From Octopus sinensis (taxonomy: Eukaryota), in assembly GCF_006345805.1 (NCBI RefSeq), contig NC_043009.1:67518001-67582000 (forward strand): a stretch of 64,000 nt of DNA, given 5' to 3'. Position 1 is the first letter of the stretch; each line of letters opens with the position of its first letter. The notes below the pieces were generated by a model, which saw only the letters and a list, made by a program, of their open reading frames with translations, was not told where the DNA came from and did no database searches. This document shows, one piece after another, positions 1 to 12,534 of the stretch. The position numbers and the translations under genes were made by a program.

Positions 1-1414
1 GACGACGTCACCGTCATAGTGTCTAGCCACGAGCACATCGAGCTGGTCGGCGAGACACTGAAAAACTACGAAGCGGTGACAGGAGCGAAAATCAACCGGG
101 AAAAGTCAGTGGGCTTGCGACTAGGCACCTGGAGAAGCAAGCCCATGCCGTCCACCAGCGCCTCCGTCGTGGGACGCTGGACCGACGGCCCGGTTGAGTT
201 GCTCGGGGTCTGGTTTGGTCCGGACCTCCAAGTGGAGAAGAACTGGAACGAGATAACGAGTAGGGTGGTCACTCTCGCCCGGCAATGGGCCGAGAGGAAA
301 CTGTCCCTAAAAGGTCGAGCGGAGGTGGCGAACACGTACATCGCGTCCGTCATCTACTACCGCCTGACCGTCGTACCTTGTCCCGACCCTACCATCACCA
401 AACTACAACGCATCCTCTTTCGCTTCTTGTGGAAAGGATGCGTCCCGATGGTCAGGCGATCATTTGCTGTCAACACACCGTTAAAAGGAGGGCTGGGCAT
501 GCCGTGGTTGATGATGCGCAGACACGCGCTGAGACTGCGACATCTCTGGCTCTATGTAGACGACGGTGAACAGGTGTGGTCGCCGTTTGTGAGGCACGCT
601 TTCCCGCAGCTCGTCTCCATGACCGAACTGCAGTCGTGGATCAAAAAGAGGCCGAGGAAGGGCGAATGGCACCGCGAGTGTCGCGTTGCTCTCAAGCAAC
701 TCTGCCGTCCTGGGTCGACCTTAAGTGACTTCAACACAACCAAAGCATTCTATAGGGGTTTAGTGGAGGGGAGGTACGACGACGAGCTCGGGGCGAACCT
801 GGACGTCGACGAGGAGTACCTGACCCGCCTGTTCGGGACGACTTTCGGGCCAGGGCCCATGGACAACTTCCAGAGATCCCTGGCCTGGGCCCATGGACAA
901 CTTCCAGAGATCCCTGGCCTGGCAGTGCTACCGAGAAGCGCTACCCGTTCGGGATAAGCTCTACAGACACGGCTCGAGAAACACGGGGCCGACCTGCCCG
1001 AGATGCGGTCAGAGCGACGAAACCGTTCTGCACGCACTCGTTCAGTGTCCAACAATTTCCGACCTGTGGGCTTATGTCGAACAACTGCTGTCACGTGTGG
1101 GACGAGTCGGTTTATCAGCTGAGTCTATCGTCAATATTGTCACGCCTCCTTCCTTCAAACGGGAAGGAAGAGCTATTTTCATCATCCTTGTGGCTATGGC
1201 GAAAGAATGTATCTGGTGGACGCGTCTGAAAGGATTGGAGACAAACACTTTCCTCTCTGGTCAATCTCTCATCAACTTCTTCAAGTACCACTTGAAAAGG
1301 AAAGTGAGAGTAGAGAGGCAAGTTTTGTCTAGCGAATGTTTTAAAAAAAGATGGGTGAATGTAGCAAGAATGGCACGTATGAATGACGAAGCCACCTTGA
1401 GCATAGTCCTATGA
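1..1414 (+). pseudogene. Frameshifted LINE ORF2 (reverse transcriptase C-terminal part plus zf-RVT)
   Basis: ORFs 19..957 and 893..1414 join into one protein if one copy of the 34-bp tandem duplication 853-886/887-920 is removed. Confidence 0.9.
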
Positions 1415-1624
1415 ACCCAGAAATCGAAAACAGAGAGTTGCTTATTTGCAAAAAAAAAAAAAAAAAAAAAAAAAGAAATATAAAATGTGACTTCATTGAC
1501 CGAGGTTACCGTGGTCTTTTCCGCAGGCTTTTCTTTCCACGGGTAAACCTCACCTGTCCTCCCCTTTACACTTCACATTGACATTTCTGTGATAACGATC
1601 CCTATTGATCTTTTTTTTTCCTCT

Positions 1625-1655
<31 letters not shown>

Positions 1656-1820
1656 TAACCCCCCCTTATTTTTGTCCTCTTTCTCTCCTTTTACGATCCC
1701 TTTTGATCGAACCTCCCCCTTCCTTTTTTTTTTTTTTTTTTTTTAATACCTTCAAAAGAAAAGCTCTACCTTGTAATTTGTTCTATCTGTGTGCAGCCCT
1801 GTGTGGCTAATAAAGAAACA
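1..1820 (+). mobile_element. 3' half of a Tx1/L1-clade non-LTR retrotransposon (RT C-terminus, CCHC zinc finger, ~400-bp 3' UTR)
   Basis: Window starts at GAC GAC (DD of the RT YADD motif). Motifs KINREKS, LGVWF, LSLKGRA and GGLG are typical of L1/Tx1 ORF2, and CPRC..ETVLHALVQC is the zf-RVT. Stop at 1412-1414. The UTR has an A25 run (1450-1474), T/C tracts and AATAAA at 1809-1814. GC content is much higher than the surroundings. Confidence 0.93.
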
Positions 1821-1859
1821 TATCTATCTATCTATCTATCTATTTATTTCTCTCTCTCT

Positions 1860-1903
<44 letters not shown>

Positions 1904-2080
1904 AGTCTGTCTATCTACCTGTCTGTCTATGTCTCAAACGCTATACTACACACACGCACACACAACCACACAATCACACACACAAACACATACACACATA
2001 ATCACACACACAAACACACACACACACACTCACACACACACAGACTCACACACACACACAGACTCACACACACACACACA
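1821..2080. repeat. Compound microsatellite (TCTA)n/(TC)n/(CA)n
   Basis: Direct reading; abuts the LINE 3' end. Confidence 0.95.
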
Positions 2081-2372
2081 GAACTCCGCTGAACAATATT
2101 GCTCCGTCTATTTCACGTCAGATTTCCGGCCCCTTTTTCTATCTTGACTTCTATTTGTGAAGGGGTCTTTCCCCACAGAATATAATTGTCCATAGGATAA
2201 ACGCTTTGTATTTCTATCGTCGTCCATGCTAACTGTTTTTATGGCCCGTCCGCATATATCCACATATCCACATTCAGTCTGGGTTGTGAAGAGGTCTCTT
2301 ATACTTGGGACTTTGCCCAATTCGAACATTTACCTTAAATTAGATCGGGAAAAGTAATCAGTCAACAAGACC

Positions 2373-2730
2373 CAGGCCTGGCTGTTGTGGTAAGAAGGTT
2401 GCTTCCCCGACAACATGATTTCGGTCTCAATTCCACTGCACGGCACCATGGGCAAGTTGTCCCGGGCCAACCAAGTCCTTGTCAGTAGGTGTGGCAGATG
2501 GAAACTGATTGTATATGTATATATTTATATGTATGTGTGCGTGCGAGTGTGTGTGTGTGTGTGTCTTTGTGTTTGCTTTTGTCCCCCAACAACCACTTGA
2601 CAACCGGTGTTGGTTTGATTATGTCCCCGAAACATAGCGGTCCGGTAAAAAGAAAATGATAAAGTAAGTACTAGGCTTAAATGAAATGAAGTACTGGGGG
2701 TCGATTCGTTCGTCTCAAATCCTTTGAGGA
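2373..2730 (+). mobile_element. Diverged tRNA-derived SINE, family B
   Basis: Matches the cleaner copies at 18045-18426 and 29583-30068: head GGCTGTGTGGTAAG, GGCACC.TGGGCAAG, internal (TA)/(TG) tract, GACAACCGGTGTTGG, GGGGTCGAT tail. Confidence 0.8.
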
Positions 2731-2819
2731 ACGAGCAGAGAAGCTTGGATTCGGTCATTCAACCATTCATCGACGCCTGTGTACCATCGGAAAAGTCAGC
2801 AAATATACTTGAGAACGAA

Positions 2820-3247
2820 GTATGTACGTATGTATGTATGTATGTATGTATGTATGTATGTATGTATGTATGTATGTATGTATGTATGTATGTATGTATG
2901 TATGTTATGCATGTATATGTATGTATGTATGTATGTATGTGTGTATGTATGTATGTATGTATGTATGTATGTATGCATGTATGTGTGTATGTATGTATGT
3001 ATGTATGTATGTATGTATGTATGTATGCATGTATGTGTGTATGTATGTATGTATGTATGTATGTATGTATGTATGTATGTGTATGTATGTATGTATGTAT
3101 GTATGTATGTATGTGTGTATGCATGTATGTATGTATGTATGTATGTATGCATGTGTATGTATGTATGTATGTATGTATGTATGTATGTATGTATGTATGT
3201 ATGTATGTGTGTATGTATGTATGTATGTATGTATGTATGTATGCATG

Positions 3248-3279
<32 letters not shown>

Positions 3280-3549
3280 TGTGTGTATGTATGTATGTAT
3301 GTATGTATGCATGTATGTATGTATGCATGTATGTGTGTATGTATGTATGTATGTATGTTTGTATGTATGTATGTATGTATGTATGTATGTATGTATGTGT
3401 GTATGTATGTATGTATGTATGTATGTATGTATGTATGTATGTATGTATGTATGTATGTATGTATGTATGTATGTATGTATGTATGTATGTATGTATGCAT
3501 GTATGTATGTATGTATGTATGTATGTATGTATGTATGTATGTATGCATG

Positions 3550-3581
<32 letters not shown>

Positions 3582-3725
3582 TGTGTGTATGTATGTATGT
3601 ATGTATGTATGCATGTATATGTATGCATGTATATGTATGTATGTATGTATGTATGTGTGTATGTATGTATGTATGTATGTATGTGTATGTATGTATGTAT
3701 GTATGTATGTATGTATGTATGCATG

Positions 3726-3757
<32 letters not shown>

Positions 3758-3795
3758 TGTATGTATGTATGTATGTGTGTATGTATGTATGCATG

Positions 3796-3827
<32 letters not shown>

Positions 3828-3847
3828 TGCATGTATATGTATGCATG

Positions 3848-3879
<32 letters not shown>

Positions 3880-3985
3880 TGTATGTATGTATGCATGTAT
3901 ATGTATGTATGTATGTATGTGTGTATGTATGTGTGTATGTATGTATGTATGTATGTATGTATGTATGCATGTATATGTATGCATG

Positions 3986-4017
<32 letters not shown>

Positions 4018-4055
4018 TGTGTGTATGTATGTATGTATGTATGTATGTATGCATG

Positions 4056-4087
<32 letters not shown>

Positions 4088-4112
4088 GTATGTATGTATG
4101 TATGTATGCATG

Positions 4113-4144
<32 letters not shown>

Positions 4145-4314
4145 TGTATGTGTGTATGTATGTATGTATGCATGTATATGTATGTATGTATGTATGTGTG
4201 TATGTATGTGTGTATGTATGTATGTATGTATGTATGTATGCATGTATATGTATGTATGTATGTATGTGTGTATGTATGTGTGTATGTATGTATGTATGTA
4301 TGTATGTATGCATG

Positions 4315-4346
<32 letters not shown>

Positions 4347-4356
4347 TGTATGCATG

Positions 4357-4388
<32 letters not shown>

Positions 4389-4422
4389 TGTGTGTATGTA
4401 TGTATGTATGTATGTATGCATG

Positions 4423-4454
<32 letters not shown>

Positions 4455-4480
4455 TGTATGTATGTATGTATGTATGCATG

Positions 4481-4512
<32 letters not shown>

Positions 4513-4618
4513 TGTATGTATGTATGTATGCATGTATATGTATGTATGTATGTATGTGTGTATGTATGTGTGTATGTATGTATGTATGTATGTATGTATG
4601 TATGTATGTGTGTATGTG
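2820..4618. repeat. ~1.8-kb (TATG)n tetranucleotide array with recurrent GCATGTATAT and GTGT variants
   Basis: Direct reading; source of the 450-625 aa MYVC/HTYI pseudo-ORFs. Confidence 0.98.
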
Positions 4619-4628
4619 CTTATATGTC

Positions 4629-4864
4629 ACCTCCTACGAACAGAACAGAATTGTAAAGGCTCAAAGAAAATGTGAACTACGCAAGTCCCGAGCGAACTCC
4701 TTGCCTTCAGTCACAGCTGACCACCACCACTGTCCGACTTGCGGCAGAGCCTTCCGAACTAATTGGCCACGATCGGACACACCATGTCTGGTCTTCTTCT
4801 TCTTTCTCTTCTTCTTCTTCAATGTGGGATGTCTATGGTCACCGTCGATAAAGATGGACGAACT
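4629..4864 (+). mobile_element. 3' end fragment of an RTE-clade LINE
   Basis: Translates SYEQNRIVKAQRKCELRKSRANS..HCPTCGRAFR, like the C-terminal zinc-finger region of RTE ORFs. It is followed by a GGTCACCGTCGATAAAGATGGACGAAC 3' UTR end. Confidence 0.7.
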
Positions 4865-5572
4865 GATATTATGTGTGAATGCGTTGAAACACTTACAACA
4901 AAGTAAACTTGTATGGAAATAAATGGCGTATCGTTCAAACGACAATTTGCCCTATTTATAAATAGCGCAGAAGTTGTGAAATAAATAGAAAACAGAGCGA
5001 TCGAGATGAATAGCCGCCATTGATGATATTGGAAAGTTGATTGAACACACAGAAAATTGGATTTGTGCCTAAACGAAGAGAAAATCATTATCCTCATTGT
5101 TACTTTTGCTGCTGCTGCAGCTGACGAGGCTATAAATGTTGTTACTGCACTTTTTGGCTTACAGTATATTATGAAATCAAGGTTTGAAAATAATTCATCA
5201 CGTGGTTATGGCTGAACGGAAGTTGTTCGGAATAACTGGAGCAATGAGGCTTTGTTTGTTCACGCTGCTGGGAAACGATCCAAATCCCGGCTGGCTTGAT
5301 GCTTTTGATGTATCTTGAGCATCGTTAGGCCTGAATAGGAGTATTTATATTAACAGGTGTGTATTTATACATACGCATGTTTATACGCAGGCAAAATCAG
5401 AAACACTCAATAAAATGAAAGAAAATATCGAAGCGAGTCAAACGTTTTGCAATATTTGCACACGTGCTAGTTTTGCGGCGTTTGTATTACGTGACCGAAG
5501 CAGTTCGAGCCATGGAGGAATCCACTGAGGCTGGCAAGTATCGTAGCAGTTGGTGCTCCGACACGTTGTGCA

Positions 5573-6322
5573 TTGCTTCAATCCGGATATGATTTGGAAG
5601 CCGCACAGATGAGCGTGCAAAGTAGTCTAATCCGGGAACTTATGCTTGACAAGTTCGAACTGAGCCATAACGCCGCGGAAGAAAGCAAAAACATTTGTTG
5701 TGCGAAAGGTGAAGTCGCAGTCGATTTCCATATAGTAACCAGATGGTTCAAGAAATTTCGCTGGGGCTGCAAGAACTTGGATGATCAAGCAAGGTCAGGT
5801 ATGCGTAAAACCGTGGATTCCGAGGTCGTGCTCCAAGCCATAGAAGCAAATCCAGCGTGTGGCACTCGGAGTGTGTCTGGCAAACTCGGCCTCTCACAGA
5901 TGTATGCCATTGTGCAGCAAAAATACCTGGCATTGGTTAGCAGAAAGCGAATTCTCTTGCAGCAAGACAACACAAGACCTGACACGGCTCAAACGACTCG
6001 GAATAAACTCCAGGAACTTGAGGGAATCAATTTAATGCCACACCCAGCTTATAGTCCGAACCTAGCTCCCCCGGATCATTACTTGTTCCAGTCCACGGTT
6101 CACTTTCTGCGCTCGGGATACTTTATGAATCAAGAGGAAGTGGAAGCTTCAGAGAATGGGTTCTTCGCCTCAAAGAACAAGAACTAGTATCAGCGCAATG
6201 ACTGGCAGAATGGTGGCCCCAGAGGGTGCCGCAGCAGAATGGTTCAGCTGGTTTTGTTGTAAGTTGACGAATAAAGCAAATAAGTTACTGAAACATTGTA
6301 AAAGTTTCTACTCAACACAATA
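5573..6322 (+). mobile_element. Internally deleted mariner transposon
   Basis: ORF 5573..6187 has the N-terminal HTH (FELSHNAAE..WFKKFR..DDQARSG) joined directly to LLQQDN..HPAYSPNLAPPDHYLF. The WVPHEL region and first catalytic D are missing. A TIR-like end lies at ~6300-6322. Confidence 0.88.
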
Positions 6323-6863
6323 CAAGACACGCACATTCATACACACACACATACACACATACACGCGCGCACACACATACGCACACTCACACGCACGCAC
6401 ACGCACAAAACTTGGTTTCACAAAACCAGAAAAGCACGGTTAATTAAAAAATCATTGCTACAAGCCAATAAATGCACTGTAATAATATGTAAAACATTCC
6501 AGAAGTTTAGCTTATAATATGTGCATACATGCACACAGGCATATATATATATATATTATATATAATAATATATATATATATATACATACCATATATATCT
6601 TTGTAAAACCGTTTCTATATATATGCGTACACATAACAACGCATACAATAGCATTCGTGTTGGAAGATATGCACATGTGTGTGTCTGCGCGCGCACACAC
6701 ACACACACACGCACACATATGTTTGATAGCTTATTCACATACATGCACGCATGCACACATTACCTACACATTTAAATAAATTCATGCAAACATGCCTCGT
6801 TGATGTCTACATTTTGAAATTTAGCCTTACTTCCGGTCTCGAAACCTGTTTTTTTTTCCATAG

Positions 6864-6908
6864 GTGAGAAACTTGACGAAATAAATCTGAACGGCACACC
6901 TACTCCAG
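6864..6908 (+). CDS. Candidate 45-nt symmetric (phase 1-1) coding micro-exon, xEKLDEINLNGTPTP
   Basis: Strong acceptor TTTTTTTTTCCATAG| and donor CAG|GTGAGT; length is a multiple of 3 with one open frame. No host gene identified. Confidence 0.45.
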
Positions 6909-6969
6909 GTGAGTCGAAAGTCGTCTGACTAAACTACTTAAATAGAATTTCGGAGGAGAAATACGCATC

Positions 6970-7278
6970 ACAGAGTTCAGGCCCACTGCACAGCAGCATG
7001 GGCAAATGTCAATTACTAAAGCCTCGGGCCGACCAAAGCCTTGTGAGTAGATTTGGTAAGTGGAAACTGAAAGAAGCCTGACGTATATATATAAAAAGCA
7101 CATAAAAAGCACCCACTACACTCTCAGAGTGGTTGGCGTTAGGAAGGGCATCCAGCTGTAGAAACACTGCCAGATCAGACTGGGCCTGGTGCAGCCTTCT
7201 GGCTTCCCAGACCCCAGTTGAACCGTCCAACCCATGCTAGCATGGAAAACGGACGTTAAACGATGATGATGATGATGA

Positions 7279-7282
<4 letters not shown>
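6970..7282 (+). mobile_element. SINE family B body carrying an alternative RTE-like tail ending in (GAT)n
   Basis: Family B segment GCCTCGGGCCGACCAAAGCCTTGTGAG..GAAAGAAGCC followed by GTTAGGAAGGGCATCCAGCTGTAGAAAC..CGTTAAAC(GAT)n. Confidence 0.75.
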
Positions 7283-7318
<36 letters not shown>

Positions 7319-7340
7319 TATATATAGTATATATATATAT

Positions 7341-7773
7341 GCTGAGACCCCTTTCGGTCATGACTGACCATGGGATTGCACTTAGAAAGTTACCCTCCTA
7401 GGCACAAGTCCAGGCAAGGTTGTTTATGGAGGACCAGCAGTCGCCCATGTTGATATTCTCTCGCTTGCAGAATAAGACCCAACCATATGTTTCAGTCGGA
7501 TTATCCGTTACTTTTTACTTTTTCCAGTCATTAGACTGTGGCCATGCTGAGGCACCTCGTCTCCACCCCACAAGTGTCATCCAAGGGAAAGGCAAAGGGG
7601 CCGATACAGTTTGGCACCAGTGATGTCGCAATTCATTTCTACAGCTGAGTGAACTGAAGCAACGTGAAATAAAGTGTCTTGCTCAAGAACACAACATGCA
7701 GCCCGGTTCGAGAATCGAACTCACTACCTCATGATTGTGAGCTCGACGGTTTAACCACCGAGCCATGCGCCTT
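7341..7773 (-). mobile_element. tRNA-derived CORE-type SINE, family E, with an internal ~110-bp insertion
   Basis: Reverse complement has A box (TGGCTCGGTGG), B box (GTTCGATTC) and CORE-like GTGTTCTTGAGCAAGACACTTTATTTCAC; matches 62326-62663. Confidence 0.85.
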
Positions 7774-7794
7774 TACACTATATTACAATATATT

Positions 7795-8130
7795 CTTTTC
7801 TACTCTAGACACAAGGCCCGAAATTTTTTTAGGGATGGGGGTCAGTCGATTAGGTCTACTGCAGTGCGTAACTGGTACTTAATTTATCGACCTCGAAAAG
7901 ATGAAAGGCAAAGTCGACCTCGGCGGAATTTGAACTCAGAACATAAAGACAAGATGATAACGATATATTCTCTTCTACTCTAGGCACAAGGCCCACAATT
8001 TTTTGGGGAGGGGCCCAGTCGATTAGATCGACCACAGTACGCAACTGGTACTTTATTTATCGACCCCGAAAGGATGAAAGGCAATGTCGAACTCGGCGGA
8101 ATTTGAACTCAGAACGTAAAGACAAGATGA
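7795..8130 (-). mobile_element. Dimer of 5'-truncated family A SINE monomers flanked by a 16-bp direct repeat
   Basis: Units 7795-7958 and 7970-8130; TATATTACAATATATT at 7779-7794 and 8131-8146. Confidence 0.85.
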
Positions 8131-8254
8131 TATATTACAATATATTACGACACATAACATAACATGATATAATACAATATCCATAACAAATCGAATACAA
8201 TATATTTTACATTTTATTATATTTAATCAATCAATCAATCAACATATAAGTATA

Positions 8255-8298
<44 letters not shown>

Positions 8299-8549
8299 GT
8301 TCATCAATCAATGAATGTTAAATATATATAATATACAATTTACAAATCAAATTTTGAAATTCGGTATATATTTATTGACATTATATTTGATTTTATTTGT
8401 GAGTATTTTTGCATTTAAAATTTAGAGCCACAAAAAAGAAAAAAAAATTGGGGAAAAAAATTTGCTAGCCATCATGGAAGGTGTTTCCACAATGTTTTAC
8501 AGTGAAATATATATTTATATATAGCAGTGAAAACATTTGGAAACTAAAC

Positions 8550-8560
8550 GTGCACGCACG

Positions 8561-8619
<59 letters not shown>

Positions 8620-8794
8620 ATACATACTCGTATATATATATATAAATGCATGTATGTTTGTGTGTATATATATATGCATGTTTATGCATGTATATATGTA
8701 CACATACTCATATAGATGTGTGAATGTGCATATGTATATATGTGTGTATATTCACATACGTATATATACACATATATATATATATACATATATC

Positions 8795-8844
<50 letters not shown>

Positions 8845-8855
8845 CATATATTCAT

Positions 8856-8913
<58 letters not shown>

Positions 8914-8959
8914 ACATATACATGTATATATACACATATATATATATATACATATATTC

Positions 8960-9000
<41 letters not shown>

Positions 9001-9084
9001 CATATACATGATATATACATATATAAAAATATATATATATTATATATATATATATATATATACATATATTTACATGTGAATATA

Positions 9085-9152
<68 letters not shown>

Positions 9153-9169
9153 TATATATATATACATAT

Positions 9170-9214
<45 letters not shown>

Positions 9215-9246
9215 TATATATATATAATATATATATATTATAATTA

Positions 9247-9328
<82 letters not shown>

Positions 9329-9476
9329 TATATATATATACATGACTAAGTATATATGCACGCATAAATAACCAGAAATATATATATATATATATATATT
9401 CAAACACACACGCTCACTCATACATGCCTAAATTTTAAGATATATGTAGATATGTTTATATGTGTCAAAAGACACA

Positions 9477-9526
<50 letters not shown>

Positions 9527-9540
9527 CACACAACTAGTAT
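8550..9540. repeat. Long compound (CA)n/(TA)n microsatellite tract
   Basis: Direct reading. Confidence 0.95.
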
Positions 9541-10077
9541 ATGTGTGATCGCGCGCGCATGTATCTGTGTGTTTGTGTGTATTAATTGTTTTTTTTTTAC
9601 AAAGAAACGGTTGACCATATCTAAGCTATCTTCGGTGACCGGCGGTTTGAATTACATTTACCGTGTTTAGGTGCTGCATATTTGCTTTAAGCCAGTGTTT
9701 CGATGAATCTTATAGACGAAGCTATGGCTAATTGCCACGATTTTTGAATTGCAGTATTTTATTTCGAGGAAAAAAAAATTAATTAATGAAGAATAGAATC
9801 TATGTGTGAGGAACGATATGTATTGAAAGAAAAGGCGAAAAGATTTGGTGATAAGCAAAATAGCTGTGTAGCTTTTGGTTTTTTAATAATTAAGGCTTTT
9901 AGACGTCAAATGTCGTAAAAGATAATGTAAGCGCGTATAGATAGTTATTGACTGCTTTCACCAGCGATGGGTTGGGCTATTTTGGCCGAAATCACATCGG
10001 TTTGAATGCCTGCAAAACCCTTGAACTGATTTCAATATTTGTGACTAGTCCGGACACTGGCTTGTACGTGATTACGC

Positions 10078-10390
10078 ATATACATACATACATACATACA
10101 TACATACATACATACATACATACATACATACATACACACACACATACATACATACATACATACATACATACATACACACACACATAATACATACATACAT
10201 ACATACATACATACATACATACATACATACATACTTGCACACACACATACATACATATATACATACATACATACATACATACATACATACATACATACAT
10301 ACATGTATACATACATACATACATACATACATACATACATACATACATACATACATGCATACATACATGCATACATACATACATATATAT
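10078..10390. repeat. (TACA)n microsatellite
   Basis: Direct reading. Confidence 0.95.
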
Positions 10391-10816
10391 ATGTAGTTGA
10401 AATTTATAGAAAAACAAAAAACGAAAACAGATGAGGGGACAACAAGTAAGTGTATTAGTTTGACGCTCGGGAAAATGAAAAAGTCTTTTACGATTCGAAC
10501 CTACGCTCTTCATGAGAAAGGAATAAGAGAAAATAAACAGAGAGAATGAAAAAAAAAACTTGTGGATTTCATGTACAGACGTACATAAAGGTTTCGTTTG
10601 TGCACAGCCATACTAATAACTTGGCGTTCGAGCTCAATATACATATGCTTCAGAATAAAAACGTTATGCGATTAACAGATTTTTTTAGTAGCTCTGATGA
10701 AGCTATATGGGGATACACAAGTATTCAGCTTTGAGTGCAGTTCCTTAAGGCAGAAACAGCTGTAAGCTAATGAATCGATTATTTAATTCCTGTCCCCTTG
10801 TTGTTTATTTAATTTC

Positions 10817-10887
<71 letters not shown>

Positions 10888-11924
10888 TATATTATATATA
10901 TATATATATATATAATATATAAAATCAAAATAAGCAACAAGGATATCCAGAGGTAATGCAGTACGATTGTTTATGTAATTCCATTTAATTGAACAATGCA
11001 ATCGTTACATCAATTTAAAATGCAGAGCAATCTTCAGCTGTACAAAGACATAGAATTTAATTAAATTAGAACAGATAATACATACATACATACACACATA
11101 CATACATACATACATGACATTATAAAAATTTGAAAACTTTGAGAGAACGTTGTATAATTCTTTTTCGGAACAGTGGATGTCGAAGCGCATAAAGCTACAA
11201 ACATCAGTATTTAAACATCGGATTAAAAACCACATTTACACTTTATTTACACTCTATTTACCACTATTTACACTCTATTATTTATAGTTTTATGTGCAGT
11301 GAGATACACCACTGTTCCAAGACACACACACACACAGGTTTATATATGCATATATATATTGACACATGTATATATATATATATATACATATATATGTATG
11401 TATTCATATCTATATCTATATATCTATACATAGACGCACACATACACACACATGCTCTCCTTTGGGATTGACAATTACTTCTAACCATTTGTGATATGCT
11501 TGTACAAAGATTATGCCTCAAGATGTAAGAAGCTGGAATAATATGTTCACTGGTATAGGGGAATGGCGTGGTGGGCTGTTCAAGCCCGTGGCAAATGAAA
11601 ACATGTTGCTGAGTAGCCTTAGGAAGAGCGAAGTGCGTGGATCGTCCCCACGAGTCAGTGCTGCAGCGATATTCGTTTCGTTTTAATGTATATATTCTGT
11701 TTGAACACAACATGTCTAAGAAGAGAGTTTCTCTCAGGCAGAAACCACAGCACCACATCTTTCTATAATGCACATACATCAAGTATGGTACACGACAGTT
11801 TATTTCAATTTAATGCTGTCTTAATTGCGTTTATTGAATTTCTCTTTAGAGCATGGCAAGCATTCTACAACATAGGTGAATGTCTGTCTGTGTGGTGTGT
11901 ATATATATATATATATATATATAG

Positions 11925-11987
<63 letters not shown>

Positions 11988-12004
11988 GTATATATATATA
12001 TGTA

Positions 12005-12104
12005 NNNNNNNNNNNNNNNNNNNNNNNNNNNNNNNNNNNNNNNNNNNNNNNNNNNNNNNNNNNNNNNNNNNNNNNNNNNNNNNNNNNNNNNNNNNNNNNN
12101 NNNN
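12005..12104. other. Assembly gap (100 N)
   Basis: Exactly 100 N next to a (TA)n tract. Confidence 0.99.
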
Positions 12105-12317
12105 AATAAAGCGTATATACATATGAAGGAAAACTGGTGTGTTTTGTGTGCAAATTGCACGAAAAGTGTTCAAATTAACTGATAGAAAATAAATAACAAG
12201 TTTTCGTTTCTTTTTTTTATTTTCATCAAGTACATATACGCAAAAATGTATATAAATCTTACATGCTTTGAGAATATAAAACACACGCTCTAGTGTATAT
12301 AAATACAAAAAAATAAT

Positions 12318-12502
12318 CTTTTCTACTCAAGGCACGAAATTTTGGGGGAGGTAGGCCAGTCGATTTGATCGACCCCATCGATCTCGAAAGGATGAAATGC
12401 AAAGTCGACCTTGGCGGAATTTGAACCTAGATCGTAAAGACAGATGAAATATCGCTAAGCATTTCGCCCAGCGTGCTAACGTTTCTGCCTGCTCGCCGCC
12501 TT
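12318..12502 (-). mobile_element. Family A SINE monomer
   Basis: Reverse complement of GGCGGCGAGC.GGCAGAAACGTTAGCACG..GTTCAAATTCCGCC.AGGTCGAC..CATCCTTTCG. Confidence 0.88.
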
Positions 12503-12534
12503 AATACAAAGAATAACAATATGAAAGGTTTGAA

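Noticed and set aside
2724-4675. 450-625 aa ORFs in several frames
   Set aside because: Translations of (TATG)n, which lacks stop codons; not genes. The same applies to the YI/HT/CV-rich ORFs across the window.
8620-9400. Recurrent single TT/AA phase slips inside (TA)n tracts throughout the window
   Set aside because: Most simply explained by consensus indel errors or ordinary slippage in long AT repeats.
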